This document shows, in pieces, positions 11,267-23,822 of a stretch of 64,000 nt of DNA. Source of the stretch: Octopus sinensis (taxonomy: Eukaryota). A model generated the notes under the pieces. The model was not told the DNA's origin. It was given only the letters and a program-made list of their open reading frames with translations, and ran no database searches. Position 1 is the stretch's first letter. The number at the start of each line of letters is the position of its first letter. The stretch covers positions 6,324,001 to 6,388,000 of the forward strand of contig NC_043016.1 of NCBI RefSeq assembly GCF_006345805.1, in the 5' to 3' direction. Both the position numbers and the translations under genes were made by a program.

Positions 11267-13599
11267 ACTTTTTAGTATAGTTACTACTCTGATCTCTTCT
11301 TGAAACTTTCCAACTAGCTATTTTGCTTATATATATATATATACACACATATATATACAAACCACTTCAAATTACATTCCATTAACACAAGGCTGAAAGT
11401 GAGGAAATGAATAAAAGAGATTTAGTACAAATATTCTCTTGAGGTTAATCCTAGATTATCCAATTTTTGGTTTAGTAATACAATTACTTTATAATATTGT
11501 CATCATAATTAATGCCCACTTTACCATGATTCTGTTGATCAGTCAAAATTTGTAGGGTAGATCTTCTGTGACTAGATGCCTAAATCTCATCCATTTCCAA
11601 ACAAACTAATATTTCACACAATCCTTTGGAAAGAAAATGGCATAATAGTTGGACATGATTTACATGTGTTTCCACAGAAGATTGCAAGTGAATGATCCTT
11701 TGTAAGGTGTGTTTATGTTTAGCATCTTATGTCAGACAACAAGACACAAACACATGTACATACAAGACTTCTTTCAGTTTCCCTCTACCAATTATACTTA
11801 GAAGGCTCTGGCTGGCCTGAGTTTATAGAAGATTAACTGTTAATCCTGGTTTCACCCAGTCTGTTTGGATGATGTCAGTGTGATCGTTTTCGGTTAGGCA
11901 TAATCTATAACAGCGTTTCTCAACCTTATCATTTCGGGTCTCCTGTCTTGATTGGAGCCTCCAGAACCATGTAGTGTAAAGTGGATTTTTAAACTACATA
12001 ACAATTCTTACACATAAATTAGAGAGACAGACAAACAAAAACAGGTGTAAGGAATATATTTACTTGAAAAACTGCATATAGAGTTTGCAATTAAATCTTA
12101 TTGTTACAGCTGTTTCAGATAATCAATACCTGGTTGACATAACCATTCATATTATGCAAGGGAGTTCAATACTGAGTCAATATTGCAGGTGTACATAAAA
12201 ACAAAGGAAAAGTTTCAACTACCACAGATTTAGATAGATCTGTTTGTTCTGTCATACCTGCTCAATGATGATAATTTTCCTATATGACTTTCTACCTATA
12301 GAGTACCTAACCCTGATGAAAGTGTTGGAGTTTAAGTTTGAGATTTCTCTGGGCATCACATGGTGACTATCTCTACCATACACAAGCATTTTATAACCCA
12401 TTCTTATACACACACACGTGCATGCATGTGTGTGTGTGTATTCTTATATATATATAATACAAATAAGAAAATGGAGAAACAAATTTAGTTTGTTCATCAA
12501 CTTATGGATATTAGAATGTTGGATTATTTATTCATTTTACAAACGAGAACATCAAAAGCATATAAAAAATATTATATAAATCAATAGAGAAGATAATAAT
12601 ACAAATACAGATTTTAAGTCATATTATAAATAAATGAAATCCTAAAATTACTTCTTACAGCTGTATATGATTACACCCATAACCCCTATCTTACTTTGTA
12701 CTATATATATATATATATATATCATCATCATCATCATCATAATTAAGCATCTGTCTTTCATGCTGGTATGGGCTTGACAGTTTGAATAGAGCAGGTAAGT
12801 CAGAAGATTGTGCTAAGTTCAATTGTCTGCTTTAGCATGGTTTCTATGGTTGGATGCCCTTCTTTATGCCAATCACATAACATCACACCATCAGTAAAGA
12901 GGTCAACAAGTAACTTGCAAACAAGATCCCCATTGACTGAGGGGAGATTAATATGGAGGGAGGTGATTTGTGCCGAGTGATGGGAGGTTAAAGTGTGTTT
13001 AGAAGGAAAGCATTTAATGTGAAAAATAACCAAAAAAAAAAGAGTAAACAACACATATTTTATTGTTTTAAGCATGTAATAAGCATTTAAATATGAAAAT
13101 GGACTAAAAAAAAAAGAGTTTAAAACATATTTTCCAGCAAAAACATAACACATGTGATTTAGACAGGAATAAGCATGCTACAGGACAGCTTGGCTTGTTA
13201 CTATGGAAACAGGCACCTATATTTCTAAGCTTTAGATTGGCTAAAATTACCCAAAATTTGAAAACTTTAAAAGCTATTAAATGTTTATTTTATTAATTTA
13301 TTGCAAACATTAATTTCATTTCAATAATTGGCATACAAAACTACATCAATACACCAAATTTGAAATAAGATGGAACAAAATTGAGTTGAAAATTGAACGT
13401 AAAAGAGAAAAGATCCCTCATTGGTGCTACTGGCATGAAAAAAGCACCAACTATGTGCTATAATGTGAAGGGCATTTGAAAAGTTTTGGACCTATTTGAT
13501 CCTATCAAACACTCAAACCCATGCTGACATGGATCAGAGACATTAAATGATCATAAAAATGATGCTAATGATGATGATGATATGTATGTATATATATTT

Positions 13600-14635
13600 A
13601 TATTTTAATTGAAGTGTACAGAATTATATATCCATTACAACCAATCTTACCAATTGGTTTCGCATTAGGGGTTCAACATTGTTAGGTAACGGTCCAATTT
13701 GTAACCCTACGCTCATCAGAGGTAGCCTTTGTGAAATTAAATATGGCAACTGCTCTCTATTGTTGGGAGTAAATAGACACATCCGGTTTGTGGTTCTTGT
13801 GAAAAAGATGATGAAACGAATTAAATAGTTTCATCATCTTTGAATTGGTACCAAAACATCATCTCTGGGGTGGTTTTGTTGCAAGACAGCAAGAGTTTGT
13901 GGAAAATGTGTCTTTAAGGCTGGTGTTCTCATGGAAAAGGAATGTGTGTAGTGGTACTATACATATCAGCTTTGTGGGGGTGGAGGGAATACACATCCAT
14001 GTTTGTTAGCGTTTTCTTTCTTTTATGTATTCGTTAAATTCATGGGGCATTCACGGGGTACAATATGTGTGGAATCTTATACTGGGGGTGGAGAAAAAGT
14101 CTACTGGGTAGGTGTTCATCATGCTGGGGTGCGTCTTTGTTTGTGGGTGTGTTAGTGTATGTTCTGGTCAAACTCTTTGCCTGATTCTCAGGTATTAGTG
14201 GAGGGCCAATAGGTTATTCTTCCTTTCGTGTGGGCAAGGATTAAAAATCTCACTTCTGCTATTGAGGTAAATGTCTGGGTGCTGGGTACACTTTAAAACC
14301 GCTCTTTTCTCAGCCAGGCATAATCTGCGCTTATAACTGCTATTGAAGTACACTTTACATTTCTCTAGAATCTTCGACTTTATGCTGTACTTGGTGGTGC
14401 ATTCTTTCATTGACCATACATGCTTGACCAGGGTTGTGGCATTATGTCTCTCTGAGATGTTGAAGGATGTTATAGTGAGTTCTAAAGGGGACCTTCAGTT
14501 GCTCCCATGTACTTTTGCACATTTGGTTAACCATTTAGTTATACTTTCATTACCTCTGCCTTGTATATGATAATCTTTGTGTTACAGTGGCTATTCAGTG
14601 GACAAATTGTGTTGTCCTTACATGAGCATCCTACC
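13600..14635 (-). mobile_element. Penelope-like element 3' part: GIY-YIG endonuclease relic plus downstream repeat region
   Basis: CSCKDNTICPLNSHC..IIYKAEV..YMGATEG..KHVWSMKE..RLCLAEK..LNSRSEIFNPCPH on the minus strand. Confidence 0.85.
13644..13723 (-). ncRNA. Minimal type I hammerhead ribozyme candidate
   Basis: CUGAUGA, stem II GCGUAGGG/CCCUAAUGC, GAAAC, palindromic CAAUUG, GUA triplet, short stem I. Confidence 0.75.
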
Positions 14636-14973
14636 TCTATCTCAAGTGTGGGCCTACCTACTAAAAAGCTTTTTTACATTGGGTGCACAGCTATAGGATA
14701 TTCTCAGGGCGTGCCTATTAAATATTTTGCTGAACCTATTTGTACAGGGGAAGTGTTTACCTACTAAACTAAGGACAATCTTACCTACTCAGATTTTAAC
14801 ACATAAAGAGAAGGGCGGTGTGAACTACAACACTTTCCGGTGGAGATAGCAGGATCCTCTTCAGATTTATATCTATTTATCTATCAATTTCTCTGTTTCC
14901 TCTTTCTCTCTCCCCCCTCTCTCTCTCTATATATATACACATATATTATACATATATATATATTTACACATAT

Positions 14974-15038
<65 letters not shown>

Positions 15039-15044
15039 CATACA

Positions 15045-15575
15045 TAGCTGAAAGATTGCAGATCCTTTTCAGATCTAAGAACTCCACCACACTGCTGAAT
15101 TACAGATCTGAAATTTTCAGCAGATGTAAGTTCCTGTTGACAAACTAGAAAATACCACCCTTTCTGGATTGAGTGACTCTACCACTCTAGACCCATATCT
15201 GATTAGCCTTATTATGACTTTATGGTCAAAAGGGACATAATTCTAATTCACTCCTTTTATCATTTTACTTTTTCCTTTTTTGCCTTTTCTTTTTGTTTTC
15301 CAGTAATTTCACCTTCCCAACTTTTACATCTACCTTCTTCTTGCCCTTTTTCATATTTTCACTTATTCTATTTCCTTGTTTTAGCTTGTATATGCCATGT
15401 GGGCACAACCTGAAGATTGCATGAAATCATCAGATGTGTCATAAAATGCTGTCCATGTTGTTTTCATTGCATGAAACTATTGGTAACTCATAAAAATATA
15501 TATTATTTTAAACAATGTTTATCTCTCACCAGATGGAGTACTCTTTTGTTGATCTTACCTTCATGGAACGATATA
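15045..15575 (+). mobile_element. Second Penelope-like 3' fragment with degenerate hammerhead
   Basis: [24 protein letters not shown]; CTGAAGA-TTGCA..TGCAT-GAAAC-TATTG-GTA at about 15410-15485. Confidence 0.6.
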
Positions 15576-15672
15576 CTACACACACACACACACACACACA
15601 TATATGTATGTATATACATATATATATTAGAGGAAAAAGAACAACAAAGCTAAAGCAGGATGAGTATCTCAA

Positions 15673-16720
15673 ATCATCATCATCATCATCATCGTTTAGC
15701 GTCCGCTTTCCATGCTAGCATGGGTTGGACGGTTCAACTGGGGTCTGGGAAGCCAGAAGGCTGCACCAGGCCAGTTTGATCTGGCAATGTTTCTACGGCT
15801 GGATGCCCTTCCTAACGCCAACCACTCCATGAGTGTAGTGGGTGCTTTTTACATGCCAAACGAGTCTGGCAAACGGCCACGATCGGATGGTGCTTTTTAT
15901 GTGCCATCGGCACGGGGGCCAGGCGTGGCTGGCAACGGCCACAAATAGATGGTGCTTTTTACGTGCCACCGGCACGAGGCCAGTCGGGGCGGTGCTGGCA
16001 ACGGCCATGAATGGATGGTGCTTTTTATGTGCCACCGGCACGAGGCCAGTCGGGACGGAGCTGGCAACGGCCACGTTCGGATGGTTCTCTTACGTGCCAC
16101 CGGCACTGGTAACTCAGCTGCAATTTCCATTGATCGATTTCGATTCTGATTCTCACTTGCCTCAACAGGTCTTCACAAGTAGAGTTTTGTGTCCCAAGAA
16201 GGGAAGGTATGCATAAGTGGGCTAACTACATCCCATGTAGAAGGCCACGGGTTATGGTCTCACTTGTCCTGCCGGGTCTTCTCACGCACAGCATACTTCC
16301 AGAGGTCTCGGTCTCTAGTCATTTCCTCAGTGAGACCTAAAGTTTGAAGGTCGTGCTTCACTACCTCGTCCCAGGTTTTCCTGGGTCTGCCTCTTCCACA
16401 GGTTCCCTCAACCGCTAGGTTGTGGGACTTTTTCACACAACTATCTTCATCCATTCTCGCCACATGCCCATACCAGCGCAAACATCTCTCTTGCACACCA
16501 CATCTGATGCTTCTTAGGTCCAGCTTTTCTGTCAAGGTACTTACACTCTGTTGAGTATGAATACTGACATTACACATCCATCGGAGCATACTGGCTTCAT
16601 TTCTTGTGAGCTTACGCATGTCCTCAGCAGTCACGGCCTGGAAAGTGACAGAAGTTGGTCTCAGAGCATTTTCAGTGTTTATTGTTCCTGAGCATCTGCC
16701 ACATACAAAAACCATCTTCC
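15673..16720 (-). mobile_element. 5'-truncated PHD-RTE copy with in-frame internal deletion, ~5-unit array and tail
   Basis: ORF 16260-16715: FVCGRC..VTFQ/AVTAED..RWYGHV..GRGRPRKTW..EKTRQDK*. Confidence 0.95.
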
Positions 16721-16778
16721 TAAATATTTTAGAATATTTAATTAGACTAAGGTGAATTTGAAGTAATTAATTATTGCA

Positions 16779-16856
16779 TGTCTTACAGCTGTCTCAGAGA
16801 TATCTCAAGTGATAGGTTAGCATCTCTATACACTGGGTAGCCTGTCATCAGAGACA
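16779..16856 (-). ncRNA. Mutated minimal hammerhead ribozyme
   Basis: UGUCU-CUGAUGA..CU-GAGAC-AGCU-GUA-AGACA; 5-bp stem I, palindromic AGCU, GAAA changed to GAGA. Confidence 0.55.
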
Positions 16857-16929
16857 AAGTGAGTATGTATGACCTGTAGGGACACCATATTTTGTTACAC
16901 AACCATAATACTGCAGAGTACATTAAATG

Positions 16930-17092
16930 CTTTTTGGGATCTTTCCTTCTCCTTGTTTCCGACGAAGAGCTCCGCTCGAAACGTTAAACCCTCCTTCCCT
17001 TCTTTCCTGAGCATCAATAATACTTTAATTGTTCCACGTCCTGCGTTGCTGTGTTTTTTTCTCTTTTTTTCTGTGTTTTCTTGTTTGGATTA

Positions 17093-17096
<4 letters not shown>
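16930..17096 (+). mobile_element. Penelope-like terminal-repeat fragment with hammerhead-like motif
   Basis: GTTT-CCGACGA-A-GAGC-TCC-GCTC-GAAAC-GTT-AAAC at 16955-16989. Confidence 0.55.
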
Positions 17097-17128
<32 letters not shown>

Positions 17129-17134
17129 GGAACG

Positions 17135-17675
17135 CAATCAAATTCAATGACTGGCGTCCATGGGCAGGGTGCAAAGAGCACCATACGAGTGTGATCGTTG
17201 ACAGAGCAGCTAACCAGCTTCCGTGCTAGTGGCACTTAAAGGGCACCATTCGAGCGTGATCGTTACCAGTGTCTCCTTACTGGCAATTGCACCCATGCTA
17301 GTAGGGTGCCAAGAGCACCATCCGAGCATGATCGTTGCCAGAGCAGCCAACTGGCTTCTGTGCCAGTGGAATGTAAAAGGGCACCATTCGAGCGTGATCA
17401 TTACCAAAGTCACCTTACTGGCACCTGTGCTGGTGGAATGTGTAAATAGATTTGAGCAAGGTCGTTGCCAGTACCACCCGACTGGCCCCCGTGCCGGTGG
17501 CACGTAAAAAGCACCCACTGCACTCTCGGAGTGGTTGGTATTAGGAAGGGCATCTAGCTGTAGAAAGTCTGACAAATCAAGATTGGAGCCTGGTGCAACC
17601 ATCTGGTTCGCCAGCCCTCAGTCAAAATCATCCAACCCATGCTAGCATGGAAAGCGGACGTTAAACGATGATGAT
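17135..17675 (+). mobile_element. RTE 3' UTR copy of a divergent array subfamily (about 6 units)
   Basis: Units contain GCACCATYCGAGCGTGATCGTTRCCAG..CTGGC; same terminal domain and GAT tail. Confidence 0.85.
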
Positions 17676-17802
17676 ATATATATTATACAAAATTAAGGAT
17701 AAAACTACTTTAATGATTAAGGATAAAACTACTTTAATGATTTTATCAAATGGCCAGTGTGAAATAAAAAAAAACCAAACAGGTAACAATTTATGCTAAT
17801 TA

Positions 17803-18073
17803 ATAATTATAATAAAATCATACTAAAGGGTGCAGATAAACCCCATCAATATGCTGGAAATAGATACCAAATGGCTCTAAAAACCACATCTACCCTCCAT
17901 TAGCGCAGGTTGTAAGTGGGCAGATAAAAATGTCTAATTCATTTTTTTCCATTTGCCTGCTTAGAACTTGGACTAACAGAATGTAGATGTGGTTTTTAAA
18001 GCTATTTGGTGTCTATTTCTAGCATGCTGATGGGGTTTATCCACACACTTTAATGTAATTATATTATAATTAT
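17803..18073. repeat. Imperfect long hairpin, ~125-bp arms, short loop
   Basis: GATAAACCCCATCA..AAAAACCACATCTAC on the left pairs with GTAGATGTGGTTTTT..TGATGGGGTTTATC on the right. Confidence 0.85.
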
Positions 18074-18100
18074 AAATCTATATATATGTGTGTGTGTGTG

Positions 18101-18155
<55 letters not shown>

Positions 18156-18280
18156 GCGTGTGTGTATGTATGTATTTTTTCTTACATGTATATTTTTACT
18201 TTTATATACATATTATTTATATTTAAATCTTACTTTAGTTATATTTGTAAATCACATATCGTACTTTTTTTTAATGTACG

Positions 18281-20815
18281 AATGAGCCACTCCACGTTGG
18301 TCACCAGAGCAATATTTGATCACTTTATAGAGTGTTTGAGTGTCGGTTTGGTGTCTAGAATGGGATAGCTTGCCTCATAGGCAAGTAGAAGTTCATTAAA
18401 CTTTGTTGGTTATCTACCTAGAAGGAAATCTCCGAAATAAAACCTGAGGCCTTGGAAGTTCCTGGTTTTGTCAATTTTCATGTCACACCAGAGAAAATTT
18501 TCTTGGGCCAATAGGTGGGGGTAGTGCAGTGCAAGCTACACCCACTGAAAATTATTCATCTGCACAGGTACTTCCTGTACTCCAAATCTTAGTGAAATCA
18601 TTGAATTGGTTGGTTGGCAGAAACTTAAAAATGCACTTGTAACTTATTCTAAAATGTCTCAAACAGATTCAGTAAATGGCAAAAAAGGCTTGGGAATGTC
18701 AGGGGAACAGGTCTGGCTCGGCAGGTGTCCTAGTATATCACAGGCTGGGCCCAGTCGTCATCCTGCCACTGTGGTCAATCTTCAAGAAAAAGTAAAAATA
18801 AACATCCCTTCAATTTTGGCTGTTGGAATGTGTGCACACTTATTCATGATAATTTCGTCGAGAGGATAGAAAGGCGTACTGAATTTATTGCATGTGAGCT
18901 TAAGAAATATTCCCTTGATATAGTTGCACTCTCTGAAACTTGTCTCTCTGGTGAGGGTCAAGTAAATGAACCTACTTATGGATGTCCTATCTTTTGAAAA
19001 GGCCTACCTAAGGGTCAGCGTAGAGAATCTGGTATTGAGTTTGCTTTCAAGAATTCATTAGTATCCTCCATTGCAGAGCTTCCAAGTAGTGCATCTGAAT
19101 GGATCATGTCATGCCATATTAAACTGACAGTATTTATGCACCAACAATGTCCCATTCTGGTGAAACTGTAGGACAGTTTCATGATGATCTAGCACAATTA
19201 TTGAGGAAAGTACCAATTTCTGACAAGCTGGTTATATTGGGAGATTTCAATGCAACAGTTGGAAAAGACTATGTTTCATGGCCTGTTTTAGGTCAACATG
19301 GAATTGGAAAATGTAATAAAAATGGAGTAGCTCTTTTGACGTTTTGTACTGAGAATAATATGGTTGTTATCAATACTCTGTTTAAGCAGGAAAATAAATA
19401 TAAAACCACCTGGATGCACTCAAGATCTAAGCACTGGCATCTCATAGAATATATTTTGATCAGAAAACATATGAAAGACGTTTCTGGCAGCAGAGTGGAG
19501 AGCTGGACTGACCATCATCTAGTGTGTGGAAAAATAAATTTTTTGATAATGCCTAAAAATCAACAGTCTGGTTCTAAGGTACCCAAAAAGTTAAATGTTG
19601 CAACCTTTAAATTATCAAGCAACTTACAAAGATTCCGCGATGCTATAGAAAGTATCACTCTTGACCCAAACAATCGATGGGAAGATTTCAAAAGAAAAGT
19701 ATTTCAGGTTGCAAGTTCATCAGTGGTATTTAAATCACATAAGTCCAGTGACTGGTTTTCAGATAGATCAGCAGAAATTCATGATCTACTTTTAGAAAAA
19801 CAAAACTTAGGCAATACACTTCTTTCTCAGTCCTTGAACCCCAACTCAAATGAAACTTACATAAAGCTGCAAAGGAAAGTGCAGACTGCTCTAAGGAAAA
19901 TTAAACAGGAATGGTGGAATGATAGAGCAAAAGGGGCACAAGAAGCAATTGATAGAAATAATGCCAAGGCTTTGTACTTTTATGTTAAGGAGGTATATGG
20001 CTCAAAATCTTCTTCAGTAGCTCCAGTGGGAACAGCAAATGAACATTTGCTTCTGACTGACACCGCTTCTATTCATAAGCGCTGGGTAGAACATTTTTCT
20101 GCACTTTTGAATAAACCATCCTCCGCTGACATGAGGATGGTAGCAAAAAAACACCTTCCAGTTATAGAAGAGATGGTATTTGAACCAACTCTAAGTGACA
20201 TTTATATAGCTGTGAATAAACAATAAGCCTCCAGGGTCTGATGGAATCTGTGCAGAAGTCTTGAAATATGGCAGTGACAAAATGTTTGAACTCTTAAATT
20301 TATTAATTAGTCACTATTGGAGAACCGAGAAAGTACCTCATGACTGGATTGATGCCATTTTTAGTCTCCTTGTATAAATCAGGGCCAAAGGATCTGTGTG
20401 GTAATTTTCTTGGGATTTCGCTTTTGTCTCTGGTTGGAAAGGTACTTGCCCGCATTCTGTTAGAAGGTTTAAATACCTTCATAGTTCCACATATGGTATC
20501 TGAGTCTCAGTGTGGTTTTCGTTCCTCCAGGGGCAGAGCTGATTGTATCTTTACTATCAGACAATTGCAAGAAAAGTGCATTGAACAGAAACTTGCTCTA
20601 TACCATTGTTTTATTGATTTGAGCAAAGTATTCGATACTGTTAATCGAAATGCTTTGTGGCTAATTCTAAGGAAAATAGGTTTCGCAGAAAAATTTGTAA
20701 ACATGATCAGGGCTTTGTATCAAGATATGAAAGCTAGAGTTAATTTTGGTGGTAGGCTCTCTGAATTTTTTTGCTGTGAAAAATGGAGTAAAGCAAGGAG
20801 ACCTTGATGTACCCA
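18281..20815 (+). mobile_element. RTE/BovB-like LINE relic: 5' UTR, APE endonuclease, N-terminal RT; 3' truncated
   Basis: ILGDFNA, TWMHSRSKHWHLI, WTDHHLV, GISLLSLVGKVLAR, SESQCGFR, FIDLSKVFDTV, GVKQG; stops and frameshifts. Confidence 0.95.
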
Positions 20816-20917
20816 CCCCCTTTGCAATATACTTTCACACCTTTTTACCATAAGAGAGATTTTTTTCTCCACGGTAACTGCAGTGTATTTGCCTTTAGCA
20901 GTTGAAATATGTATATA

Positions 20918-21210
20918 TGTAGCCTCAGGCCTACAAAAGCCTTGTGAGTGAACTTGTACACAGAAACTGAAAGAAGACTGCTATATATATATGTGTCTAT
21001 TTGTTTGTGTCTGTGTTTGTACCCCCATTATCTCTTGAAAACCAATGTTGCTGTGTTTACAACCTCGTAACTTAGCCGTTTGGCAAAATACACCAACAGA
21101 ATAAGTACTAGGCTTACAAAGCATGAATCCTGCTGTCAATTTCTTCGACTAAAGGCAGTGCTCCAGCATGGCAGCAGTCACATGACTGAAACAAGTAAAA
21201 CAATTAAAAA
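20918..21210 (+). mobile_element. Partial OR/Ceph-like SINE
   Basis: AAAGCCTTGTGAGTG..GAAACTGAAAGAAG..GCTCCAGCATGGC..GACTGAAACAAGTAAAA, matching 51585-51985. Confidence 0.8.
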
Positions 21211-21250
21211 CTATGCCATTTTAATCCTGAGCAATGCCGGGTATCTCTGC

Positions 21251-21300
<50 letters not shown>

Positions 21301-21924
21301 AAAAATACAAACTGGGACAAGAACGCAAAACATTGAGGAGACGATACAAAAAACACGGACGGGACATCCGAAGCCTTCAATCTTCAGTCAAGAACTGGAT
21401 CATCCTCGCAATTTCGGCTGATTAATCTTGAAATTGCTCCAATCTGGCCAGCCCCAAGGAAAAACTAAGCAAAGCACATTAGATTCCTTGGAAGAAAGCT
21501 TTGACAGAAAAACGGACATATATATATTCAGAATGAAACAATAAACAATATCACAGCTTCGATATACTGTCTACTAGATGTAAATTAATGTCACCCATTA
21601 CTTGCTGTTTCTCTTGTTTTGATTTTTTTGGTATGCAAACTAGTCGGTCAGAGCAAGATATAGTCCTAAATTGTCTAAACATGCAAACATACTGACACTT
21701 TTGACAAGTACACTTCATGGTGACAATCAAAGCTAATAAAACAAACTAGTCATTTTAACTATTTCAGCACATAATGTATATCCATATGTATGTATGTGTG
21801 TATATATATATATATGTATATATGTATGTGTGTATTTGTATATATATGTATGTATGTATGTATATGTATGTGTATATATATATACATACACACACACATA
21901 TATATATATATTCTTATGTACAGA

Positions 21925-23103
21925 GTTTTTATAGAGAAAGTAGGGCATGCATTTGAGCGGATGGTGAAGTGAGTGGTTTTGATGTGAAGGTGAGGTTAAG
22001 ACAGGGTTGTGTGATGTCTCTGTGGCTGTTTAATCTATATATGGAGGATGTGATGAGAGAGGTGAATGATAGAACCCTCGGTAGGGGAGCCCAAATGGTG
22101 TGAGAAAATGGAGAGAAATGGCAGGTGAGTCAGTTGTTGTTTGCTGATGATAGAACACTGGTGGCGGATTTGGAAGAGCAACTGAGGAGACTGGTGGGAG
22201 GGCGTGTGAGAAGAGGAAACTGAAAGTGAATGTAGCCAAGAGTAAGGAGATGAGATGCTCAAGAGATGGAATTGCCAGATGAATGTGAGTATAAATGGTG
22301 AGGTGTTAGAGGAGGTGAGTGCTTTTAAGTATCTTGGATTGCAGAGGGGGTGGGTAGCCAAGGAAGTGAGTTATAGAGTGAGGGAGGGGAGTGAGGTACT
22401 GGGAGTTGTGAAATGTATGCTGAGAGGTAAAAGGTTAAGTATGAACAAGGAAAGAGGTGTGTATGAGGGCATTATTGTGCCGACAATGTTATATGGTGCA
22501 GAGAAGTGGGGTCTGAGAGAGGCGGAAAGGAGGCAACTAGATGTGTTTGAGATGAGATTTTGAGGGCTATGATTGGTGCGACACGGATGGACAGGATGAG
22601 GAATGAAGAGGTGTGAAGGCAAGTAGGAATGAGAGAAAATTTAACAACCAGAATGGATAGACAAATGTTGAGGTGGTTTGGCCATATGGAGAGAATGGAT
22701 AAGGAGCGGATGGTATGGAGGGTGATGAAGGCAGAATTGGTAGGCAGCGGAACCAGAGGCAGACCTCGGTTTGTGTGGGTGGATGGAGTGAGAAAGGCTT
22801 TGATGGTGATGGTTAAAGGTATTGGAGTGAGAGAGGCAAGCGAGTTTATAAATGATGGGCAAGCTTGGAGAGGGTTTGTGGACAGATGAGTGAATTGATA
22901 TTGCTCAAAGGGGCACAGAACCAGAATGATACAGCGGGGGTATACCAGCATGATGCTGTCAGGCCCTGCTGTTGATATTAGGCTATGCTTTGACCCGAAC
23001 ACAGGACAGGACTCACCTCTTTGAGCTGGGAAATGAATGGAATGCTTGGTGTGTGTCTTGTTGTGGCTACCCCCTCCTAAAAAAATGGGTAACAGGCCTG
23101 GGC
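21925..23103 (+). mobile_element. RTE LINE 3' half of a different family, without the PHD insert
   Basis: [64 protein letters not shown]. Confidence 0.92.
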
Positions 23104-23152
23104 ATGTATATATATATATATATATATATACTTAAACATATATGTATGAACT

Positions 23153-23185
<33 letters not shown>

Positions 23186-23822
23186 TTATATATGTATGTG
23201 TGCATGTTTCTATGTATACACACTCTCTCTCTCTCTTTCCGTCTTTCATACACACACACACACACACTCACACAATCCCTTATGTAAAGAAGTCACATTG
23301 GTTAAATGGGACAACCAAATAACGTTATGAGAATTGTGACAGATATCTTTGCATAGCTTTGGTGAAAGAAGGAAGATCAAAGCTCTTTGCAGTTCCTCTG
23401 ATATTGGTATGATCAAATGGAGGAGGGGAATTACAGCTCCTGATTATATAAACAATCTACATGCATCTAACATTGTGGAATATTTCCATACACCAACTCT
23501 CAACTAAAGACCATCGTGATTTTGATGACTTCCAGTAATCTCACGCTTTCCTCTGGTGACTGTGGAAGAAACTACTTGGAAATGCCCAGATAGAAGTTTC
23601 CTAAGCTATGGCCGTTTTAAAGTATCTTTCTCTTTCTGTTTCTGCCTAACTTCCTGCCATCCATCTACCCATCCATCCATCCAGCCATCCACCCATCCAT
23701 TCATCCATCTTATCTATTTGTCTGTCTATCATGTCTGTTAGTGAGCTTCCACTAGCAACCCACTTCAACCTGCACCATCTAATAAAGAAGCCTCTTACAC
23801 AAGTAGTCACTCCACTACAAAT

